NCBI GenBank assembly: GCA_030452985.1 | Contig: JAKDLG010000001.1 | Span: forward strand, 40,613 to 104,612 | Origin: Humibacillus sp. | GTDB taxonomy: Bacteria; Actinomycetota; Actinomycetes; Actinomycetales; Dermatophilaceae | Length of the DNA stretch: 64,000 bases | Reading direction: 5' to 3' | Part shown: in pieces, positions 1-10,085 of the stretch | How positions within the stretch are numbered: position 1 is the stretch's first letter | How the letters are laid out: every line of letters begins with the position of its first letter | Made by a program: the position numbers and the translations under genes | Notes under the pieces: model-generated | Told to the model about the DNA's origin: nothing | What the model saw: only the letters and a program-made list of their open reading frames with translations | The model's database searches: none

Positions 1-1056
1 ACGCAGGTCACGCGTGCCCGTGCACTTGTCGATGACCCCGACGGTGAGGAACAGGGTCGACTTGAACAGTCCGTGGGCGAGCACGAGCATGATCGCGGCT
101 AGCGCCGCGGTCTTCGTGCCGAGCCCGGCGATGGCCACGATGAACCCCAGCTGGCTGACGGTGCCGTAGGCCAGCAGCAGCTTGATGTCGTACTGGCGCA
201 GGGCCCGCCAGCCGCCCACGAGCATGGTGAACAGGCCGAGCCCGAGGGTGGTGGCGTGCCAGCCCGGGACGCCGGAGAACGCGGGGGCAAGGAGGGCCAC
301 GAGGTAGATGCCCGCCTTGACCATGGCCGCGGCGTGCAGATAGGCGCTGACCGGGGTCGGGGCCGCCATGGCGCCCGGCAACCAGAAGTGGAACGGTACG
401 AGCGCCGACTTCGACAGGGCCCCGACCAGCAGCAGCACCACCGCCGTGGTCGTCACGGCGTCGGGGGTGGGCGGGGTGGCCAGCAGCCCACTGATCGAGT
501 AGGTGTGGTGCACACCGAGCACGATGATGCCGATGAGCATGGCGAGGCCGCCGGCAGTCGTCACGATGAGGGCCTGCATGGCGGACCGGCGGTTGGTCGA
601 GCTCGCCGGGTTGTGCCCGATCAGCAGGTACGACAAGACCGTCGTCAGCTCCCAGAACACATAGAGCACGAGGAAGTTGTCGGTCAGTACGAGGCCGAAC
701 ATGGCCCCGGCGAAAGCGGTGAACACGGCCGAGAAGCGCCAGATCGTCGGGTCGTCGTCGCGGAAGTACCACCGGCAGTAGACCAGCACGAGCGCACCCA
801 CACCGGTCACCAGCAGGCCGAGCAGCCACGAGAGCGTCGTCAGTCGGAAGTCGAGGCTGAGCCCCAGCCCGGGCACCCACGAGAAGCTCTGGGTGGGCAG
901 GCGACCGTCGCGCACGTCGGTTGCCACCGAGACGAGCCAGCCGAACCCGACGGCCGGGGCGAGCGCGAGCACCAGGAAGGCCCGGGCCCGCAGCGCCCTG
1001 GCCAGCGCAGGGGCGAACATGGCGGCCACGAGGTGCAGCAACAGCAGTTGCGCCAC
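1..1056 (-). CDS. mrpA: Na+/H+ antiporter subunit A (MrpA/MnhA, NuoL-like), N-terminal part. The gene runs off the left edge of the window.
   Basis: This frame is not in the ORF track because it is open at the window edge. Manual translation of the minus strand from GTG at 1056 gives VAQLLLLHLVAAMF...LVLYVFWELTTVLSYLLIGH...LSKSALVPFHFWLPGAMAAPTPVSAYLHAAAMVKAGIYL, typical of NuoL/MrpA-type subunits. The listed ORFs 8..1084(-) and 256..1110(+) are Arg/Gly-rich off-frame artefacts. Confidence 0.8.
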   Translation of the reverse strand, partial: MAQLLLLHLVAAMFAPALARALRARAFLVLALAPAVGFGWLVSVATDVRDGRLPTQSFSWVPGLGLSLDFRLTTLSWLLGLLVTGVGALVLVYCRWYFRDDDPTIWRFSAVFTAFAGAMFGLVLTDNFLVLYVFWELTTVLSYLLIGHNPASSTNRRSAMQALIVTTAGGLAMLIGIIVLGVHHTYSISGLLATPPTPDAVTTTAVVLLLVGALSKSALVPFHFWLPGAMAAPTPVSAYLHAAAMVKAGIYLVALLAPAFSGVPGWHATTLGLGLFTMLVGGWRALRQYDIKLLLAYGTVSQLGFIVAIAGLGTKTAALAAIMLVLAHGLFKSTLFLTVGVIDKCTGTRDLR

Positions 1057-1124
1057 GGCGGCCCCTCGGTCGTCGGCGGGTCACGGCCCCGGTGCCGGGG
1101 CCGTTGGTGATTCTACGGTTTCGC

Positions 1125-1847
1125 TCAGTAGGTTGCGTAGGTCTCTCGGGCGATGAACAACGCGTGCTTGGCGCTCTTGTCGATGCAGGTCATGCCGACC
1201 GACTCGCTGAGGCAGGAGAACGGCGTGCCGGAGGGGCTCCAGCGTTTGCCGTAGGCCAGCTTCGGCGCGCCCGGGACGCGGATGGTGTCGGAGTTGCAGA
1301 TGGGCTTGGCGCCAGCAGCCGTCAGCTCGACGCGGCCCACGTCGGTCGCGCCGCCGCCGCCGGGGCACGGTGCCGACGCCGGCGCCTTGGCCCGTCCCTT
1401 GGTGACCTCACACCCCACGCCCGCGCCGTCGTCGATGATGCTGCAGAAGATGTTGCCGCTCGGGCTGACGACCGAGGTGGCTGCGGCATCCGCAGCCGGT
1501 GCCTTCGAAACGCGTGCACTCGCCTCCGCGAAGTCGGCGGGCGCGCCGCGAAGGGGGCCGACCCGCAGTGTCGGGATGGTGGTGGTCGACGGGCTCGGGG
1601 CCTGCGACGACGCGGCCACGGTCGGCACCGACGACGGCCCGGCGGGGGGCGTCGCCGAACCAGTGGCCCCGGACTCGGATGGGGTCACGGTGGTGCCGTC
1701 GGGGTAGACGGTCACGGTGGTCGCGGGCGGTGCCGGCGACGCCGAGCCACAGCCGGTGAGCAGGGCCAGGGCTGCCAGCCCCACCGTCGCGCGGAGGGTC
1801 GTTCTGAGACAGGTGCGGGTCCGAGCGAGCGAGACACGGTCGATCAT
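1125..1847 (-). CDS. Secreted lipoprotein, function unknown (Cys-rich C-terminal domain).
   Basis: From the internal Met the sequence reads MIDRVSLARTRTCLRTTLRATVGLAALALLTGC, a signal peptide with an LTGC lipobox. A Pro/Ser/Thr-rich linker and a Cys-containing domain follow. The start was chosen at the Met nearest the signal peptide. Confidence 0.6.
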   Translation of the reverse strand: MIDRVSLARTRTCLRTTLRATVGLAALALLTGCGSASPAPPATTVTVYPDGTTVTPSESGATGSATPPAGPSSVPTVAASSQAPSPSTTTIPTLRVGPLRGAPADFAEASARVSKAPAADAAATSVVSPSGNIFCSIIDDGAGVGCEVTKGRAKAPASAPCPGGGGATDVGRVELTAAGAKPICNSDTIRVPGAPKLAYGKRWSPSGTPFSCLSESVGMTCIDKSAKHALFIARETYATY

Positions 1848-1983
1848 GGGCGTCGAGTCTGGCACGGATGGGTGGGCGCCGGACGCTTGCGCGGGACTCT
1901 GACGGCTCTCGGTGGCCCTGGACCGAGCTACATCTGCTGGGCGCCGGGTCGGGAGCTCCTTGCGGGTGACCTACCCTGAAGGG

Positions 1984-2751
1984 GTGCTGCGTGCCCTGTT
2001 GACCCCTCGGTGGCTGGGTTTTCTGGGTCTGGCCCTCCTGGCGGCCGCAGTCTGTGTTCTCCTCGGCCTCTGGCAGCTGGGGGTGGCGCGCGATGAGGGC
2101 CTCAAGGATGCTGTCGCTGCAGCCGGTACCAGCGCTCGGGCGCCGCTGCCCGACGTGCTTTCGCCGCACTCTCCCTTCGGTGCCGACCTGTCGAACCGGC
2201 CGGTCTCCGCCACCGGGAAGTACGGCGCCGAGCGCGGCTTCGTCGTCGTCGACCGTCGGCTGGGCGGGCAGGCCGGATGCTGGGTCGTCGCACCCCTCGT
2301 CACCGCCGAGGGAACGGTGGCCGTACTGCGGGGTTTCGTGCCCGGCAGCCCGACGTCGTCGCCGCAGCCCCCGGCCGGCGTGGTCACCGTCGACGGCACC
2401 CTCGGGCCGGGAGAGTCGCCTCGGGCCGGGGGAACTTTGCCGGGTGACCAGCGGCAGTCGATCGATCTGTCCGCACTCGTCAACGAGTGGCCGGGCGAGC
2501 TGTACAACGCCGTGATCTTCGCGAGCGACGAGCGGGTGGGCGGCGCTGTGGTGGACGCCGCCGGTGAGTCGAAGCTCGAGCGGGTGCCCCCGCCGAGCGT
2601 CGATGCTCCCCTCAATCTCAGGAACGCGGCGTATGCAGTGCAGTGGTGGGTCTTCGGCCTCTTCGCGATGTGGATGTGGTGGAAGATGTTTAGAGCAGAG
2701 AATCAGGGGGAGACTGCCGCGGCAGCCCCCCGGGAAGAGGTCACAGCGTGA
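1984..2751 (+). CDS. SURF1-family protein (cytochrome oxidase assembly).
   Basis: The N-terminus LLTPRWLGFLGLALLAAAVCVLLGLWQLGVAR and a C-terminal TM segment with WW motifs (YAVQWWVFGLFAMWMWW) match the SURF1 pattern. The start is uncertain; GTG at 1966 or 1984 are candidates. Confidence 0.7.
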   Translation: MLRALLTPRWLGFLGLALLAAAVCVLLGLWQLGVARDEGLKDAVAAAGTSARAPLPDVLSPHSPFGADLSNRPVSATGKYGAERGFVVVDRRLGGQAGCWVVAPLVTAEGTVAVLRGFVPGSPTSSPQPPAGVVTVDGTLGPGESPRAGGTLPGDQRQSIDLSALVNEWPGELYNAVIFASDERVGGAVVDAAGESKLERVPPPSVDAPLNLRNAAYAVQWWVFGLFAMWMWWKMFRAENQGETAAAAPREEVTA

Positions 2752-3146
2752 GCACAACCCCGCCCCGCCCGGCCGGCGCGAAACAGATCCGTTCGGCGCT
2801 GAGGATCTACCGGGTGCTCGCTGTCGTCGCCGGTATCGCCCTGTTCGTGCTGCTGCTCGAGATGCTGATGAAGTACGTGTTCGAGCAGACGAACGTGCTG
2901 ACCGAGTACTGGAGCCCGATCCACGGCCTGATCTACATGGGCTACGTGGCATCCGTGGCGAACCTGGGCATCAAAGCGTCCTGGGGGATGGGCCGCATCG
3001 TGCGCAACATGCTCGCCGGCTTCGTGCCGGTGTTGCCGTGGGTCCTTGAGCGGCGCAACGCCGTCGACACCGAGGCGCTGCTGGAGCGGGCCCACTTCTC
3101 CGGCGGTCCCGAGGCCTCCCGCGGGGCAGCCCCCACCACCAGCTGA
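2748..3146 (+). CDS. DUF3817-like small integral membrane protein.
   Basis: A 132-aa ORF with hydrophobic helices (YRVLAVVAGIALFVLLLEMLMKYV, WSPIHGLIYMGYVASV). Its GTG start overlaps the SURF1 stop (GTGA). This type of gene commonly sits next to guaA in actinobacteria. Confidence 0.6.
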   Translation: MSTTPPRPAGAKQIRSALRIYRVLAVVAGIALFVLLLEMLMKYVFEQTNVLTEYWSPIHGLIYMGYVASVANLGIKASWGMGRIVRNMLAGFVPVLPWVLERRNAVDTEALLERAHFSGGPEASRGAAPTTS

Positions 3147-3324
3147 GTCGGGGCCACGGCCGGCTCAGGTCGCCGCTCGCGGCGTCGCACCGCACAGATC
3201 GGACCGTGGCGGGGGTGCGTGGGTCGGCAGCCGCGTGCCGGCTGCGGTCGTGTCGGGAGTGGTGCGAACGGAGGCACGTCCGACCGTGCCGAACGGCATC
3301 CGACCCGGCCGATAGGCTGACCGG

Positions 3325-4914
3325 GTGAGCGACCCGCACCCGACCGACCTGCAGAGCCATCCCGTCCTCGTCGTCGATTTCGGCGCTCAGTACGCCCAGC
3401 TGATCGCCCGCCGCGTGCGGGAGGCCCGGGTCTACAGCGAGGTCGTTGCGCACTCGACTCCGGTAGCCGAGCTGCTGGCCCGCAACCCGGCCGCGATCAT
3501 CCTGTCGGGTGGCCCGAGCTCGGTCTACGCCGACGGTGCCCCCGGGCTCGACCCGGCGCTGTTCGAGGCCGGGGTGCCGGTGTTCGGTATGTGCTACGGC
3601 TTCCAGGCCATGGCCCAGGCCCTCGGAGGCACGGTCGAGCAGACGGGTTCGCGCGAGTACGGCAACACGAGCGCCGCCATCAGCGGCATCGACTCGACCC
3701 TCTTCTCGGGCCAGCCGACCACCCAGGCGGTCTGGATGTCGCACGGCGACTCGGTGACGCACGCACCGGCCGGTGCCACGGTCACGGCGTCGACGGCCGG
3801 CGCACCCGTGGCCGCGATCGAAGACGACGCTCGCCGCCTCTACGGCGTGCAGTGGCACCCGGAGGTGCTGCACAGCGAGCAGGGTCAGCGGGTGCTCGAG
3901 AACTTCCTCTGGAAAGGCGCCGGCATCGCGCCCGACTGGACGGCATCCAACGTCGTCGACGACCTCGTCACGGGCGTGCGCGAGCAGGTCGGCGACGACC
4001 GCGTCCTCTGTGCGCTGTCGGGTGGGGTCGACTCGTCGGTCGCCGCCGCCCTGGTGCAGCGGGCGGTCGGTGACCAGCTGACCTGCGTGTTCGTCGACCA
4101 CGGCTTGTTGCGCGAAGGTGAGGCGGCGCAGGTCGAGAACGACTTCGTCGCGGCCACCGGCGTCGACCTCGTGGTCGTCGATGCTCGTGAGCAGTTCCTC
4201 ACCGCCCTGGCCGACGTCACCGACCCCGAGCAGAAGCGCAAGATCATCGGCGCCCAGTTCATCCGGGTGTTCGAGCAGGCGGCGCGCGACATCGTGGCCG
4301 ACCGCGGTGACGAGCAGCATCCGGTCAAGTGGCTGGTGCAGGGCACCCTCTACCCCGACGTGGTCGAGTCGGGTGGCGGCGATGGCGCGGCCAACATCAA
4401 GAGTCACCACAATGTCGGCGGGCTCCCCGATGACCTGCAGTTCCGGCTCATCGAGCCCCTTCGCACCCTGTTCAAGGACGAGGTTCGCCAGGTCGGGCTC
4501 GAGCTCGGCGTGCCCGAGGTCATCGTCTGGCGCCAGCCCTTCCCCGGGCCTGGGCTCGGCATCCGCATCATCGGTGCGGTCACGGCCGAGCGTCTCGACC
4601 TGCTGCGGCGGGCCGATGCGATCGCCCGTGACGAGCTGACCAAGGCCGGGCTCGACCGCGACATCTGGCAGTGCCCCGTCGTGCTGCTGGCCGACGTGCG
4701 CTCCGTGGGGGTGCAGGGTGACGGCCGCACCTACGGCCACCCCGTCGTGCTGCGCCCCGTCGCGTCGGAGGACGCCATGACCGCCGACTGGGCCCGGGTG
4801 CCCTACGACGTGCTGGCCGCGATCTCGACCCGCATCACCAACGAGGTCGAAGAGGTCAACCGCGTCGTGCTCGACGTGACCAGCAAGCCGCCCGGCACCA
4901 TCGAATGGGAGTGA
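3325..4914 (+). CDS. guaA: GMP synthase (glutamine-hydrolysing).
   Basis: A 529-aa ORF. It has the GATase domain ([30 protein letters not shown]), the ATP-PPase P-loop ([10 protein letters not shown]) and the C-terminal dimerisation motif ending KPPGTIEWE. Confidence 0.97.
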   Translation: MSDPHPTDLQSHPVLVVDFGAQYAQLIARRVREARVYSEVVAHSTPVAELLARNPAAIILSGGPSSVYADGAPGLDPALFEAGVPVFGMCYGFQAMAQALGGTVEQTGSREYGNTSAAISGIDSTLFSGQPTTQAVWMSHGDSVTHAPAGATVTASTAGAPVAAIEDDARRLYGVQWHPEVLHSEQGQRVLENFLWKGAGIAPDWTASNVVDDLVTGVREQVGDDRVLCALSGGVDSSVAAALVQRAVGDQLTCVFVDHGLLREGEAAQVENDFVAATGVDLVVVDAREQFLTALADVTDPEQKRKIIGAQFIRVFEQAARDIVADRGDEQHPVKWLVQGTLYPDVVESGGGDGAANIKSHHNVGGLPDDLQFRLIEPLRTLFKDEVRQVGLELGVPEVIVWRQPFPGPGLGIRIIGAVTAERLDLLRRADAIARDELTKAGLDRDIWQCPVVLLADVRSVGVQGDGRTYGHPVVLRPVASEDAMTADWARVPYDVLAAISTRITNEVEEVNRVVLDVTSKPPGTIEWE

Positions 4915-6065
4915 TGATGAGCACGAACCTGTTGAAGGTCGGAGTCATGGCCACGTCGTCCAAGCCCGACGAGCGGCGCATCGCGCTGCACCCGGATCAC
5001 CTGCGGCGCATCCCCGACGAGGCACTCGCCTCGCTCTATCTCGAGACCGGGTTCGCCTCCGACTTCGGCATGACCGACGACGGACTGCGTGAGGTGGTGG
5101 CCGGTGTGCTGAGTCGCGCCGACCTCATCGAGCAGTGCGACGTCATCGTGCAACCGAAGCCCGTGCTGAGCGAGGTGTCGCAGCTGCGCGACGGCCAGGT
5201 GCTGTGGGGCTGGCCGCACTGCGTGCAGGACACCGCCATGACCCAGGTGGCCATCGACAAGAAGCTGACGCTGATCGCCTTCGAGGCGATGAACCACTGG
5301 AGCAGCGACGACGCCTTCCAGCTGCACGTCTTCCACAAGAACAACGAGCTGGCCGGCTACTCCTCGGTGTTGCACGCCACGGCGCTCGCCGGCTCCACCG
5401 GCACCTACGGCCGACGGCTGCGCGCCGCCGTGATCGGCTTCGGCGCAACCGCCCGAGGCGCCGTCACCGCCCTGAACGCGATCGGCGTCCATGACGTCGA
5501 CGTGCTCACGCACCGAGACGTGGCGGCCGTGGCCGCGCCGATCCACTCCGCGACCATCGTCAACTTCGGGGCCTCCGACACGCGCACCAGCGTGAGCCAT
5601 GCTGCCACCGAGGAGGGCGAGGTGCCGCTGGCCGAGTTCCTCGCCGACCACGACATCATCGTCAACTGCGTGCTGCAAGACCCTGAGCACCCGCTGATGT
5701 TCATCCTGAACGACGACCTGGCGCTGGTGAACCCCGGCACCATCATCATCGACGTCTCGTGCGACGAGGGGATGGGTTTCGAGTGGGCCAAGCCCACGAG
5801 CTTTCGTCGCCCCACCTTCGTGGTGGGCGACAACGTGCTCTACTACGCGGTCGACCACAGCCCGTCCTACTTCTGGAACTCGGCCACCTGGGAGAACAGT
5901 GAGGCGTTGCTCCCGTTCCTCGAGACGGTGATGGGTGGGCACGAGACATGGGAGGCTGACCCGACGATCCGACACGCCATCGAGATCCGGGACGGGGTCA
6001 TTCAGAACCCGGCGATCCTCTCCTTCCAGCACCGCAGCGGCGACTACCCCCACCCTGTGGTCTGA
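4905..6065 (+). CDS. Alanine dehydrogenase/PNT-family enzyme, N5-(carboxyethyl)ornithine synthase-like.
   Basis: A 386-aa ORF with the N-terminal motif [12 protein letters not shown] and a Rossmann-type segment [21 protein letters not shown]. The start lies among ATG/GTG codons at 4905-4917, overlapping the guaA stop. Confidence 0.55.
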   Translation: MGVMMSTNLLKVGVMATSSKPDERRIALHPDHLRRIPDEALASLYLETGFASDFGMTDDGLREVVAGVLSRADLIEQCDVIVQPKPVLSEVSQLRDGQVLWGWPHCVQDTAMTQVAIDKKLTLIAFEAMNHWSSDDAFQLHVFHKNNELAGYSSVLHATALAGSTGTYGRRLRAAVIGFGATARGAVTALNAIGVHDVDVLTHRDVAAVAAPIHSATIVNFGASDTRTSVSHAATEEGEVPLAEFLADHDIIVNCVLQDPEHPLMFILNDDLALVNPGTIIIDVSCDEGMGFEWAKPTSFRRPTFVVGDNVLYYAVDHSPSYFWNSATWENSEALLPFLETVMGGHETWEADPTIRHAIEIRDGVIQNPAILSFQHRSGDYPHPVV

Positions 6066-6170
6066 ACCGTCCCCACGCCCTCGTTCCCCCGGGCGCGGCG
6101 GGCGGCGACGGCGTCGGTCCGTCATCGGGGTGCCGGGTGGCCACGGCGACCCGCCACTAGGCTGGGTCGC

Positions 6171-7991
6171 ATGTGTGGGATCGCCGGCTTTCGCGGAGTC
6201 GAGGCCGACGAGGGGCTGGCGGAACGGCTCGGGCGTTGCCCGTTCCACCCGTCGGCAAAGGTGTTCCAAGGGGAGCGGTTCGGGCTGGCCGGCGCGATCG
6301 CCGGTCGGGTTGCGGGGCGGTTCGAGATCGCGCTCGACGGAGAGGTCTACAACCGGGTCGTGCTGCGCAGCCGGCTCACGCAGCTCGGGCACACGTTCAC
6401 GACCGCTGCCGACTGGGAGGTGGTGCTGGCCGCCTTCGTCGAATGGGGCGCAGCAGGGTTCGACCGTCTGAACGGCCCGTTCGCCGTCGCCGTGCGTGAC
6501 GGCGCGACCTCCTCGATCACGCTGGCCCGCGACCACTTCGGCATCCGCTCGCTCTACCTCACGCCGTCGGGAGAGGGCTGGCTCTTCGCCACGTCGATCG
6601 GGCCCATCATCGGTAGCGGCTACCACGACCGAAGACCCAACGAACGCACCATCTACCGCTACCTGCGCTTCGGGGTGCACGAAGACGGTCCCCAGACCTT
6701 CTTCGACGGTGTCGAACGCGTCGGGGCGGGTGAGGCGGTCACCATAACGGATGCCGGTGTCGAGCGACGACCGTTCACGGCGATCCGCGCCGAGCTGAGC
6801 GAGGCCGCGACGCAGCCACGAGCGTACGACGCCTCGGTGGTGCGCGAGTTTCGCTCGCGTCTCACCGAGGCGGTGCGACTACGCCTGCGCACGCCCGGAC
6901 CGGTGGCCACCGCCCTCTCGGGAGGGATTGACTCTGCAGCCCTCACCGCAGTGGTCGACACCCTGGCGGCAACCGACAACGTGGTGACCAAAGCCATTGG
7001 GGCACAGCTGAACACGGTTTCAGCCCTCTACCCTTCGTCGCCCCACGACGAACGGGTGCACGTCGACGCCGTCACGTCCTCACGCGACTTCCCCGTCTCT
7101 GCGCACTCGGTATGCCCAACCGCCAACGATTTCCAGAGCGACCTTGCCGACTTCGTGCGCACCCAGGAGGAGCCGCTCGTCTCGTCTGGGCCCTATACGC
7201 AGTACCGCGTGCTGCGTGAGGCGGCCGCCGTCGGGGTGCCTGCGGTGCTCGAGGGGCTGGGCGGAGACGAGACCCTGGCCGGGGCGGAGGCCCATCACCT
7301 CGTGCACGTGCGCCAGGTGCGCCAAACGAGCTCGCTCGGAGCCGTGACCGAGCTGGCCCGGTCGGTCGACGTCCTGGCCCGCCGAGGACGCCCCCGTCTT
7401 CGTGACCGCCTGCGCGGACACAAGGAAGGTCCGGTCACTCCGTTGCTGGGCGAGCGTTTTACCGCCCGCCATCATCACGAGACCTACTCCGCCACCCCAG
7501 ACGACCTGCGCGAGCGACTGCTCGATGACATCTTCATCGGTTCCCTGCCGGCCAGGCTGCGCTACGACGACCGCAACGCGCGTCGTTTCGGGGTCGCCAC
7601 ACGAATGCCGTTGCTCGACAAAGACCTCGTGCGCTTCGAGTTCGGGCTGAACAGCGAGGCGCTGATCAAGGACGGCACCAGCAAACGGGTGCTTCGCGAC
7701 GCGGTGAGCGACGTGTTGCCTGCCTCGGTCGTACGACGTCGCGACAAGGTCGGACTCACGACGCCGCAGGCCGAGTGGTTGCTGAGCCTGCAGAACGATA
7801 TCCGCGACGTGTTCGTCTCCGACACCTTCGCGAAGCGCCCGTACTTCAACCAGGGCGAGGTGCTGCGCACGTTCGAGGGGTGGGTCAAGGGCGGCGGCTC
7901 GGCAGACGCCCACACCATCTGGCGCCTGCTCAACCTCGAGCTGTGGCTACGCGAGTTCTTCGACCGTCACCCGAACCCCGCCCCGGTCTAG
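6171..7991 (+). CDS. Asparagine synthase (glutamine-hydrolysing) family amidotransferase.
   Basis: A 606-aa ORF starting MCGIAGF (Ntn Cys2 nucleophile). The synthetase domain has the PP-loop-like ALSGGIDSAA. Confidence 0.85.
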   Translation: MCGIAGFRGVEADEGLAERLGRCPFHPSAKVFQGERFGLAGAIAGRVAGRFEIALDGEVYNRVVLRSRLTQLGHTFTTAADWEVVLAAFVEWGAAGFDRLNGPFAVAVRDGATSSITLARDHFGIRSLYLTPSGEGWLFATSIGPIIGSGYHDRRPNERTIYRYLRFGVHEDGPQTFFDGVERVGAGEAVTITDAGVERRPFTAIRAELSEAATQPRAYDASVVREFRSRLTEAVRLRLRTPGPVATALSGGIDSAALTAVVDTLAATDNVVTKAIGAQLNTVSALYPSSPHDERVHVDAVTSSRDFPVSAHSVCPTANDFQSDLADFVRTQEEPLVSSGPYTQYRVLREAAAVGVPAVLEGLGGDETLAGAEAHHLVHVRQVRQTSSLGAVTELARSVDVLARRGRPRLRDRLRGHKEGPVTPLLGERFTARHHHETYSATPDDLRERLLDDIFIGSLPARLRYDDRNARRFGVATRMPLLDKDLVRFEFGLNSEALIKDGTSKRVLRDAVSDVLPASVVRRRDKVGLTTPQAEWLLSLQNDIRDVFVSDTFAKRPYFNQGEVLRTFEGWVKGGGSADAHTIWRLLNLELWLREFFDRHPNPAPV

Positions 7992-8070
7992 CGGCCACGT
8001 CCTGACGGTCGAGCGGCCACGCCCTGACGGTCGAGCGGCCACGCCTTGAAGGCTGATCGGCCACGGTCGA
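7991..8070. repeat. Tandem intergenic repeat, period about 22 bp, 3.5 units (GCGGCCACGYCCTGACGGTCGA).
   Basis: Read directly from the sequence. Units are at 7991-8012, 8013-8034 and 8035-8057, with a partial unit at 8058-8070. The array starts inside the TAG stop of the asnB-like gene. It shares the TCGAGYGGCCAC core with the repeats at 27.7, 46.2 and 48.1 kb. Confidence 0.85.
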
Positions 8071-8104
8071 GGGCGGACCCCATCGTCATGGGTGACGGAC
8101 GGCA

Positions 8105-8935
8105 TCAGGGGAGGCCGTGGAAGATGTCGTGGCGGATCGGGTCGTCGGGCCCGGCAGCCGGGTCGATGAACCACTCCCGGCCGAACACGAGGTCGTAGAG
8201 CGGCCTCGGGATGCGAAGGAAGGCGGCGAGCGTGCGGTCGGCGCCGCCGTCGGCGCTCGCCTGGGAGGCGTGGGCGAGCATCGAGGCGCGTTTCGCGGCG
8301 ATGTGCCGAGTGACGTTGATGCGGTGGGTGATCTCTGTGCGGGCCGAGAAGGCCCGGTCGAAGCTCGACCGGTCGAACTCCGGCGGAAAGTGGTACAACC
8401 GGGCCGCGAGGTCGATGGCGCGACAGATGGTGTCACGCGGAACCGTGGCCTCGAGCAGCATTGGTGTTTCTGCGATCTCGGCCGCCCGCCTGCCTACGGC
8501 GTGCACCTTCTTGTGGTCCTGGTGGCCGTACCCGCCGTTGCGCTCGTAGCTGAGCAGCACGTCGGCCTGCTCCTCGCGCAGGATGGCGGCCAGCCGCTGG
8601 GCCGCCACCTCGGTGTCGACCCGCACGAAGCGGGTGCGGCCGGGCGGGTCGGGCTCGAGAGCAGGGCTGAGCCCGCTGTCGGCGTAGCCGAGGTGCTCGA
8701 CCCGGGCGACCCCGAGGGCCTCGGCGCTGCGGTGCAGCTCGTCCATCCGCCGACTGCCGAGCGTGCCATCGCCGGCGTACTCCTGCGACGCGAGACCGAG
8801 CTCGCCGTCGGTGGCGACGACGACCACGACGCGGTGGCCCTCGGCGGCAGCGCGCGCCATGGTGCCCGAGGTGAGCAGCGCCTCGTCGTCGGGGTGGGCG
8901 TGGAAGGCGAGCAGAGTGTGGGTCATCACCGCCAT
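8105..8935 (-). CDS. PIG-L/LmbE-family N-acetylglucosaminyl deacetylase.
   Basis: The N-terminal motif LLAFHAHPDDEAL and a later HQDH segment are typical of the PIG-L (LmbE/MshB-like) family. Confidence 0.8.
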   Translation of the reverse strand: MAVMTHTLLAFHAHPDDEALLTSGTMARAAAEGHRVVVVVATDGELGLASQEYAGDGTLGSRRMDELHRSAEALGVARVEHLGYADSGLSPALEPDPPGRTRFVRVDTEVAAQRLAAILREEQADVLLSYERNGGYGHQDHKKVHAVGRRAAEIAETPMLLEATVPRDTICRAIDLAARLYHFPPEFDRSSFDRAFSARTEITHRINVTRHIAAKRASMLAHASQASADGGADRTLAAFLRIPRPLYDLVFGREWFIDPAAGPDDPIRHDIFHGLP

Positions 8936-8960
8936 CCTGTCGCATGACAGAGTGATCCTC

Positions 8961-10085
8961 GTGAAGGTGGCGCTGATCTCCGACTGTTACCTGCCCCGGT
9001 TGGGCGGCATCGAGGTGCAGACGCACGATCTGGCTCGCCGGCTCATCGCTCTGGGCCACGAGGTCGAGGTGTTCACGGCCACGCGGGGATCGGCGGGGGA
9101 GATGCACGGCGCTGTCACCGTGGTCGACGACGTTCCGGTTCACCGGCTGGCCGCCCGGATGCCGTGGGAGCTGCCGGTGAACCCCTTCGCCCCCAGAGAG
9201 CTGCGTCGCCGGCTGGCGAGCGGGGGGTTCGACGTTGCCCACGTGCAGACCGGCGTGGTGTCGCCCTTCGCCTGGGACGCCACCCGCGTGACGGTGGGGA
9301 TGCGGTTACCGACCGCGATGACGTGGCACTGCATGCTCGCCGGAGTGACCCCGGTCTTCGACGCGGCCCGGTTCGTGCACCGGTGGGCAGGGCGGGGAGT
9401 GGCGATGTCGGCCGTGTCCGACGTCGCTGCGAGCCCACTGCGGCGGCTCGTCGGGCCGGCCGCGACGGTGGGGGTGCTGCCGAACGGCATCGACGTGGCC
9501 AGGTGGTCGGTGGGCTCCCTGGTGCGAGAGCCGGGGCCTCTTCGGCTCGTCACCGCCATGCGCCTCGCTGCACGCAAGCGGCCCGGCGCGCTGGTGAACC
9601 TGGTGGCCGCGGCGGAGCGACGAGCCGGCCCCGGGTCGCTGAGGCTCACGATCCTGGGGGAGGGGCCGGACCGGGCCAAGGTGGAGGCCATGGTGCGAGA
9701 CCAGGGGCTCGACTGGGTGAAGCTGCCGGGGCGGGTCACCCGCGACGAGCTGCGTGAGCGGTACACCGGCTCTGATGTCTACCTCTCGCCGGCCCGGCTC
9801 GAGTCGTTCGGCATCGCTGCCCTCGAAGCCCGCACGGTGGGGCTACCGGTGATCGGCCGATCGGGTTCTGGGGTGGGCGAGTTCATCACTGACGGTGTCA
9901 ACGGGCTGGTGGTCGACGGTGACCCGTCCATGACCTCCGCGATTGCCCACCTTGCCGGTCATCCTGACGACGTCTCCCGGATGCGCGCGTTCAACGTCGA
10001 CAACCCTCCTGCCCAACGCTGGGAGGCGGTGGCGGCCATCGCCGTCGGCGAGTACGAGCGAGCCATCACCCTGGCGCGCCGATGA
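8961..10085 (+). CDS. Glycosyltransferase family 4.
   Basis: Translation from the in-frame GTG at 8961 gives VKVALISDCYLPRLGGIEVQTHDLARRL, a typical GT4 N-terminus. The C-terminal segment ESFGIAALEARTVGLPVIG contains the EX7E-type motif. The part of the track ORF upstream of 8961 overlaps the divergent PIG-L gene. Confidence 0.8.
   Translation: MKVALISDCYLPRLGGIEVQTHDLARRLIALGHEVEVFTATRGSAGEMHGAVTVVDDVPVHRLAARMPWELPVNPFAPRELRRRLASGGFDVAHVQTGVVSPFAWDATRVTVGMRLPTAMTWHCMLAGVTPVFDAARFVHRWAGRGVAMSAVSDVAASPLRRLVGPAATVGVLPNGIDVARWSVGSLVREPGPLRLVTAMRLAARKRPGALVNLVAAAERRAGPGSLRLTILGEGPDRAKVEAMVRDQGLDWVKLPGRVTRDELRERYTGSDVYLSPARLESFGIAALEARTVGLPVIGRSGSGVGEFITDGVNGLVVDGDPSMTSAIAHLAGHPDDVSRMRAFNVDNPPAQRWEAVAAIAVGEYERAITLARR

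Noticed and set aside
8-1110. ORFs 8..1084(-) and 256..1110(+) at the left edge.
   Set aside because: Both are off-frame or antisense relative to the MrpA-like frame, which is absent from the track because it is open at the window edge. Their translations are Arg/Pro/Gly-rich.
2971-6680. Long minus-strand ORFs 2971..4740 and 4803..6680, opposite guaA and the AlaDH-family gene.
   Set aside because: These are antisense shadows of strongly supported plus-strand genes. Their composition is biased (R, G, D, V, H) and they carry no recognisable domains.
6171-7991. The asparagine-synthase-like gene considered as a lasso-peptide cyclase.
   Set aside because: It retains the N-terminal Cys2 glutaminase nucleophile (MCGIAG). 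There is no adjacent transglutaminase-like protease, PqqD-like RRE or short precursor ORF.
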